From contig OZ024745.1 of assembly GCA_964016885.1 (NCBI GenBank), positions 64,914,001 to 64,978,000 on the forward strand: 64,000 nucleotides of DNA, read 5' to 3'. Below are positions 57,391 through 64,000 of this stretch, piece by piece. Position 1 is the first letter of the stretch. The number at the start of each line of letters is the position of its first letter. The translations under genes were made by a program, and so were the position numbers. Below the pieces are notes generated by a model, which saw only the letters and a program-made list of their open reading frames with translations, did not search any database and was not told where the DNA came from. The stretch comes from Eledone cirrhosa (taxonomy: Eukaryota).

Positions 57391-60300
57391 TCCATTTTTT
57401 ATTTGGGTGATCCATTTTTTATATGGGTGATCCATTTTTTATTTGGGGGGATCCATTTTTAATTTGGGTGATCCATTTTTTATTTGGGGGATCCATTTTT
57501 TATTTGGGTGATCCATTTTTTATTTGGGGGATTCATTTTTTATTTGGGTGATCCATTTTTTATTTGGGTGATCCATTTTTTAATTGGGTGATCCATTTTT
57601 TATTTGGGGGATCCATTTTTTATTTGGGTGATCCATTTTTTAGTTGGGAGGTCCATTTTTTATTTGGGTGATCCATTTTTTATTTGGGGGATCCATTTTT
57701 TATTTGGGTGATCCATTTTTTATTTGGGAATCCATTTTTTATTTGGGTGATCCATTTTTTATTTGGGTGATTCATTTTTTATTTGGGGGGTCCATTTTTT
57801 ATTTGGGGGATCCATTTTTATTTGGGTGATCCATTTTCTATTTGGGGGATCCATTTTTTATTTGGGTGATCCATTTTTTATTTGGGTTGATCCCTTTTTT
57901 ATTTGGGGGATCCATTTTTTATTTGGGTGATCCATTTTTTATTTGGGGGATCCATTTTTTATTTGGGTGATCCATTTTTTATTTGAGGGATCCATTTTAT
58001 ATTTGGGTGATCCATTTTTTATTTGGGGGATCCATTATTTATTTGGGTGATCCATTTTTTATTTGGGTGATCCATTTTTTATTTGGGTGATCCATTTTTT
58101 ATTTGGGTGATCCATTTTTTATTTGGGTGATACATTTTTTATTTGGGGGATCCATTTTTTATTTGGGTGATCCATTTTTTATTTGGGTGATCCATTTTTT
58201 ATTTGAGGGATCCATTTTATATTTGGGTGATCCATTTTTTATTTGGGTGATCCATTTTTTTATTTGGGGGATCCATTTTTTATTTGGGGGATCCATTTTT
58301 TATTTGGGGGATCCATTTTTTATTTGGGGGATCCATTTTTTATTTCGGGGATCCATTTTTTATTTGGGTGATTCATTTTTTATTTGGGGGATCCATTTTT
58401 TATTTGGGTGATCCATTTTTTTAATTTGGGGGTCCATTTTTTATTTGGGTGATCCATTTTTTATTTGGGTGATCCATTTTTTAATTGGGTGATCCATTTT
58501 TATTTGGGTGATCCATTTTTTACTTGGGGGATCCATTTTTTATTTGGGTGATCCATTTTTTATTTTGCTGATTCATTTTTTATTTGGGTGATCCATTTTT
58601 TATTTGGGGGATCCATTTTTTATTTGGGTGAACCATTTTTTATTTGGGGGATCCATTTTTTATTTGGGTGATCCATTTTTTATTTGGGTGATCCATTTTT
58701 TATTTGGGGGATCCATTTTTTATTTGGGTGATCCATTTTTTATTTGGGGGAGCCATTTTTTATTTGGGGGATCCATTTTTTATTTGGGGGATCCATTTTT
58801 TATTTGGGTGATCCATTTTTATTTGGAGATCCATTTTGTATTTGGGTGATCCATTTTTTAATTGGGTGATCCATTTTTTATTTGGGTGATCCATTTTTTA
58901 TTTGGGTGATCCATTTTTTATTTGTGGGATCCATTTTTTATTTGGGTGATCCATTTTTTATTTGGGGGATCCTTTTTTTATTTGGGTGATCCATTTTTTA
59001 TTTGGGTGATCCATTTTTTATTTGGGGGATCCATTTTTTATTTGGGTGATCCATTTTTTATTTGGGTGGTCCATTTTTTATTTGGGGGATCCATTTTTTA
59101 TTTGGGTGATCCATTTTTTATTTGGGGGATCCATTTTTTATTTGGGGGATCCATTTTTTATTTGGGTGATCCATTTTTTATATGGGTGATCCATTTTTTA
59201 TTTGGGGGGATCCATTTTTAATTTGGGTGATCCATTTTTTATTTGGGGGATCCATTTTTTATTTGGGTGATCCATTTTTTATTTGGGGGATTCATTTTTT
59301 ATTTGGGTGATCCATTTTTTATTTGGGTGATCCATTTTTTAATTGGGTGATCCATTTTTTATTTGGGGGATCCATTTTTTATTTGGGTGATCCATTTTTT
59401 AGTTGGGTGGTCCATTTTTTATTTGGGTGATCCATTTTTTATTTGGGGGATCCATTTTTTATTTGGGTGATCCATTTTTTATTTGGGAATCCATTTTTTA
59501 TTTGGGTGATCCATTTTTTATTTGGGTGATCCATTTTTTATTTGGGGGATCCATTTTTTATTTGGGTGATTCATTTTTTATTTGGGGGGTCCATTTTTTA
59601 TTTGGGGGATCCATTTTTATTTGGGTGATCCATTTTCTATTTGGGGGATCCATTTTTTATTTGGGTGATCCATTTTTTATTTGGGTTGATCCCTTTTTTA
59701 TTTGGGGGATCCATTTTTTATTTGGGTGATCCATTTTTTATTTGGGGGATCCATTTTTTATTTGGGTGATCCATTTTTTATTTGAGGGATCCATTTTATA
59801 TTTGGGTGATCCATTTTTTATTTGGGGGATCCATTATTTATTTGGGTGATCCATTTTTTATTTGGGTGATCCATTTTTTATTTGGGTGATCCATTTTTTA
59901 TTTGGGTGATCCATTTTTTATTTGGGTGATACATTTTTTATTTGGGGGATCCATTTTTTATTTGGGTGATCCATTTTTTATTTGGGTGATCCATTTTTTA
60001 TTTGAGGGATCCATTTTATATTTGGGTGATCCATTTTTTATTTGGGTGATCCATTTTTTTATTTGGGGGATCCATTTTTTATTTGGGGGATCCATTTTTT
60101 ATTTGGGGGATCCATTTTTTATTTGGGGGATCCATTTTTTATTTCGGGGATCCATTTTTTATTTGGGTGATTCATTTTTTATTTGGGGGATCCATTTTTT
60201 ATTTGGGTGATCCATTTTTTTAATTTGGGGGTCCATTTTTTATTTGGGTGATCCATTTTTTATTTGGGTGATCCATTTTTTAATTGGGTGATCCATTTTT

Positions 60301-63300
60301 ATTTGGGTGATCCATTTTTTACTTGGGGGATCCATTTTTTATTTGGGTGATCCATTTTTTATTTTGCTGATTCATTTTTTATTTGGGTGATCCATTTTTT
60401 ATTTGGGGGATCCATTTTTTATTTGGGTGAACCATTTTTTATTTGGGGGATCCATTTTTTATTTGGGTGATCCATTTTTTATTTGGGTGATCCATTTTTT
60501 ATTTGGGGGATCCATTTTTTATTTGGGTGATCCATTTTTTATTTGGGTGATCCATTTTTTATTTGGGGGATCCATTTTTTATTTGGGGGATCCATTTTTT
60601 ATTTGGGTGATCCATTTTTATTTGGAGATCCATTTTGTATTTGGGTGATCCATTTTTTAATTGGGTGATCCATTTTTTATTTGGGTGATCCATTTTTTAT
60701 TTGGGGGATCCATTTTTTATTTGGGTGATCCATTTTTTATTTGGGTGGTCCATTTTTTATTTGGGTGATCCATTTTTTATTTGGGGGATCCATTTTTTAT
60801 TTGGGTGATCCATTTTTTATTTGGGGATCCATTTTTTATTTGGGTGATCCATTTTTTATTTGGGTGATCCATTTTTTATTTGGGGGATACATTTTTTATT
60901 TGGGTGATCCATTTTTATTTGGAGATCCATTTTTTATTTAGGTGCTCCATTTTATTATTGGGTGATCCATTTTTTATTTGGGTGATCCATTTTTTATTTG
61001 GGTGATCCATTTTTTATTTGGGGGATCCATTTTTTATTTGGGTGATCCATTTTTTATTTGAGGGATCCATTTTATATTTGGGTGATCCATTTTTTATTTG
61101 GGGGATCCATTATTTATTTGGGTGATCCATTTTTTATTTGGGTGATGCATTTTTTATTTGGGTGATCCATTTTTTATTTGGGTGATCCATTTTTTATTTG
61201 GGTGATACATTTTTTATTTGGGGGATCCATTTTTTATTTGGGTGATCCATTTTTTATTTGGGTGATCCATTTTTTATTTGAGGGATCCATTTTATATTTG
61301 GGTGATCCATTTTTTATTTGGGTGATCCATTTTTTATTTGGGGGATCCATTTTTTATTTGGGGGATCCATTTTTTATTTGGGGGATCCATTTTTTATTTC
61401 GGGGATCCATTTTTTATTTGGGTGATTCATTTTTTATTTGGGGGATCCATTTTTTATTTGGGTGATCCATTTTTTTAATTTGGGGGTCCATTTTTTATTT
61501 GGGTGATCCATTTTTTATTTGGGTGATCCATTTTTTAATTGGGTGATCCATTTTTATTTGGGTGATCCATTTTTTACTTGGGGGATCCATTTTTTATTTG
61601 GGTGATCCATTTTTTATTTTGCTGATTCATTTTTTATTTGGGTGATCCATTTTTTATTTGGGGGATCCATTTTTTATTTGGGTGAACCATTTTTTATTTG
61701 GGGGATCCATTTTTTATTTGGGTGATCCATTTTTTATTTGGGGGATCCATTTTTTATTTGGGGGATCCATTTTTTATTTGGGTGATCCATTTTTTATTTG
61801 GGTGATCCATTTTTTATTTGGGGGATCCATTTTTTATTTGGGGGATCCATTTTTTATTTGGGTGATCCATTTTTATTTGGAGATCCATTTTGTATTTGGG
61901 TGATCCATTTTTTAATTGGGTGATCCATTTTTTATTTGGGTGATCCATTTTTTATTTGGGGGATCCATTTTTTATTTGGGTGATCCATTTTTTATTTGGG
62001 TGGTCCATTTTTTATTTGGGTGATCCATTTTTTATTTGGGGGATCCATTTTTTATTTGGGTGATCCATTTTTTATTTGGGTGATCCATTTTTTATTTGGG
62101 GGATACATTTTTTATTTGGGTGATCCATTTTTTATTTGGGGGGTCCATTTTTTATTTGGGGGATCCATTTTTATTTGGGTGATCCATTTTTTATTTGGGG
62201 GATCCATTTTTTATTTGGGTGATCCCTTTTTTATTTGGGGGATCCATTTTTTATTTGGGTGATCCATTTTTTATTTGGGGGATCTATTTTTTATTTGGGG
62301 GATTCATTTTTTATTTGGGTGATCCATTTATTATTAGGGGGTCCAATTTTTATTTGGGTGATCCATTTTTATTTGGAGATCCATTTTTTATTTAGGTGCT
62401 CCATTTTATAATTGGGTGATCCATTTTTTATTTGGGTGATCCATTTTTTATTTGGGTGATCCATTTTTTATTTGGGGGATCCATTTTTTATTTGGGTGAT
62501 CCATTTTTTTAATTTGGGGGTCCATTTTTTATTTGGGTGATCCATTTTTTATTTGGGTGATCCATTTTTTAATTGGGTGATCCATTTTTATTTGGGTGAT
62601 CCATTTTTTACTTGGGGGATCCATTTTTTATTTGGGTGATCCATTTTTTATTTTGCTGATTCATTTTTTATTTGGGTGATCCATTTTTTATTTGGGGGAT
62701 CCATTTTTTATTTGGGTGAACCATTTTTTATTTGGGGGATCCATTTTTTATTTGGGTGATCCATTTTTTATTTGGGGGATCCATTTTTTATTTGGGGGAT
62801 CCATTTTTTATTTGGGTGATCCATTTTTTATTTGGGTGATCCATTTTTTATTTGGGGGATCCATTTTTTATTTGGGGGATCCATTTTTTATTTGGGTGAT
62901 CCATTTTTATTTGGAGATCCATTTTGTATTTGGGTGATCCATTTTTTAATTGGGTGATCCATTTTTTATTTGGGTGATCCATTTTTTATTTGGGGGATCC
63001 ATTTTTTATTTGGGTGATCCATTTTTTATTTGGGTGGTCCATTTTTTATTTGGGTGATCCATTTTTTATTTGGGGGATCCATTTTTTATTTGGGTGATCC
63101 ATTTTTTATTTGGGTGATCCATTTTTTATTTGGGGGATACATTTTTTATTTGGGTGATCCATTTTTTATTTGGGGGATCCATTTTTTATTTGGGTGATCC
63201 ATTTTTTATTTGGGTGATCCATTTTTTATTTGAGGGACCCATTTTATATTTGGGTGATCCATTTTTTATTTGGGTGATCCATTTTTTATTTGGGGGATCC

Positions 63301-64000
63301 ATTTTTTATTTGGGGGATCCATTTTTTATTTGGGGGATCCATTTTTTATTTGGGGGATCCATTTTTTATTTGGGGGATCCATTTTTTATTTGGGTGATTC
63401 ATTTTTTATTTGGGGGATCCATTTTTTATTTGGGTGATCCATTTTTTTTATTTGGGGGTCCATTTTTATTTGGGTGATCCATTTTTTATTTGGGTGATCC
63501 ATTTTTTAATTGGGTGAATCATTTTTATTTGGGTGATCCATTTTTTACTTGGGGGATCCATTTTTTATTTGGGTGATCCATTTTTTATTTTGCTGATTCA
63601 TTTTTTATTTGGGAGATCCATTTTTTATTTGGGGGATCCATTTTTTATTTGGGTGAACCATTTTTTATTTGGGGGATCCATTTTTTATTTGGGTGATCCA
63701 TTTTTTATTTGGGTGATCCATTTTTTATTTGGGGGATCCATTTTTTATTTGGGTGATCCATTTTTTATTTGGGTGATCCATTTTTTATTTGGGGGATCCA
63801 TTTTTTATTTGGGGGATCCATTTTTTATTTGGGTGATCCATTTTTATTTGGAGATCCATTTTGTATTTGGGTGATCCATTTTGTATTTGGGGGATCCATT
63901 TTTTAATTGGGTGATCCATTTTTTAATTGGGGGATCCATTTTTTATTTGGGGGATCCATTTTTTATTTGGGGGATCCATTGTTTATTTGGTTGATCCATT

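Larger units (their letters stand above)
37940..59420 (+). repeat. Largest higher-order duplication, offsets 11,023-11,423 bp
   Basis: AATTGGCTG at 38223 and 49545 (+11322). TTTGCGTG at 44267 and 55290 (+11023). TTGGGAGGTCC at 46226 and 57649 (+11423). ORFs are collinear from 38338..47980 to 49660..59403. Confidence 0.9.
1..64000 (+). repeat. 20-bp tandem satellite array, consensus ATTTTTTATTTGGGKGATCC (K = T or G), about 3,200 monomers, extending past both window edges
   Basis: The monomer is readable head-to-tail on every line from base 1 to 64000. Variants are substitutions or 19/21-bp monomers. I saw no reverse-complement copies (GGATCMCCCAAATAAAAAAT) and no non-repeat inserts. Confidence 0.99.

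Noticed and set aside
30-63874. Numerous + strand ORFs encoding repeats of GDPFFIWVIHFLFGGSIFYL
   Set aside because: This is the 60-bp translation cycle of a 20-bp repeat. Frames close whenever a T-type monomer puts TGA in frame. Starts are almost all TTG/GTG within the repeat, the longest ORF is 162 aa, frameshifts are frequent, and there is no promoter, RBS or unique domain.
1-64000. CRISPR array
   Set aside because: Repeats abut directly with no unique spacers, leader or cas genes.
1-64000. Canonical G-quadruplex array
   Set aside because: G3-G5 runs are separated by 15-17 nt, far beyond the usual 1-7 nt loops, so stable intramolecular G4 is not supported.
1-64000. Bacterial Dam/SeqA GATC cluster, iterons or intrinsic terminators
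   Set aside because: There is no origin, rep gene or any gene context. The scale (about 3,200 copies) is far outside such elements, and the T runs lack strong GC hairpins.
1-64000. Sequencing artefact, rolling-circle concatemer or synthetic data-encoding DNA
   Set aside because: Rare variants recur in collinear nested patterns with copy-specific differences, which fits evolutionary duplication rather than random error or design. Local misassembly of individual copies cannot be excluded.

Overview
The whole 64 kb window is one uninterrupted, single-orientation tandem array of a 20-bp monomer, consensus ATTTTTTATTTGGG[T/G]GATCC (about 3,200 copies, 30-35% GC, strongly T-rich on the + strand). 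I see no genes, RNA genes, mobile elements, CRISPR spacers or unique sequence, and every ORF in the track is a translation of the repeat. The information lies in the variant monomers. One position toggles between T and G with a loose 60-bp T-T-G rhythm, and rare substitutions and indels act as barcodes. These barcodes reveal nested higher-order duplications: old 220- and 419-bp paired motifs; recent tandem copies of 60, 400, 577, 699/719, 1260, 1313, 1771, about 3295, about 4.8 kb, 8306/8725 and about 10-11.4 kb; and a block shared 37,340 bp apart. A partial relative chronology can be read from them. The region looks like eukaryotic-type satellite DNA (centromeric, pericentromeric or subtelomeric), but organism and function cannot be determined from the sequence. 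Duplication boundaries are approximate and were read by eye.
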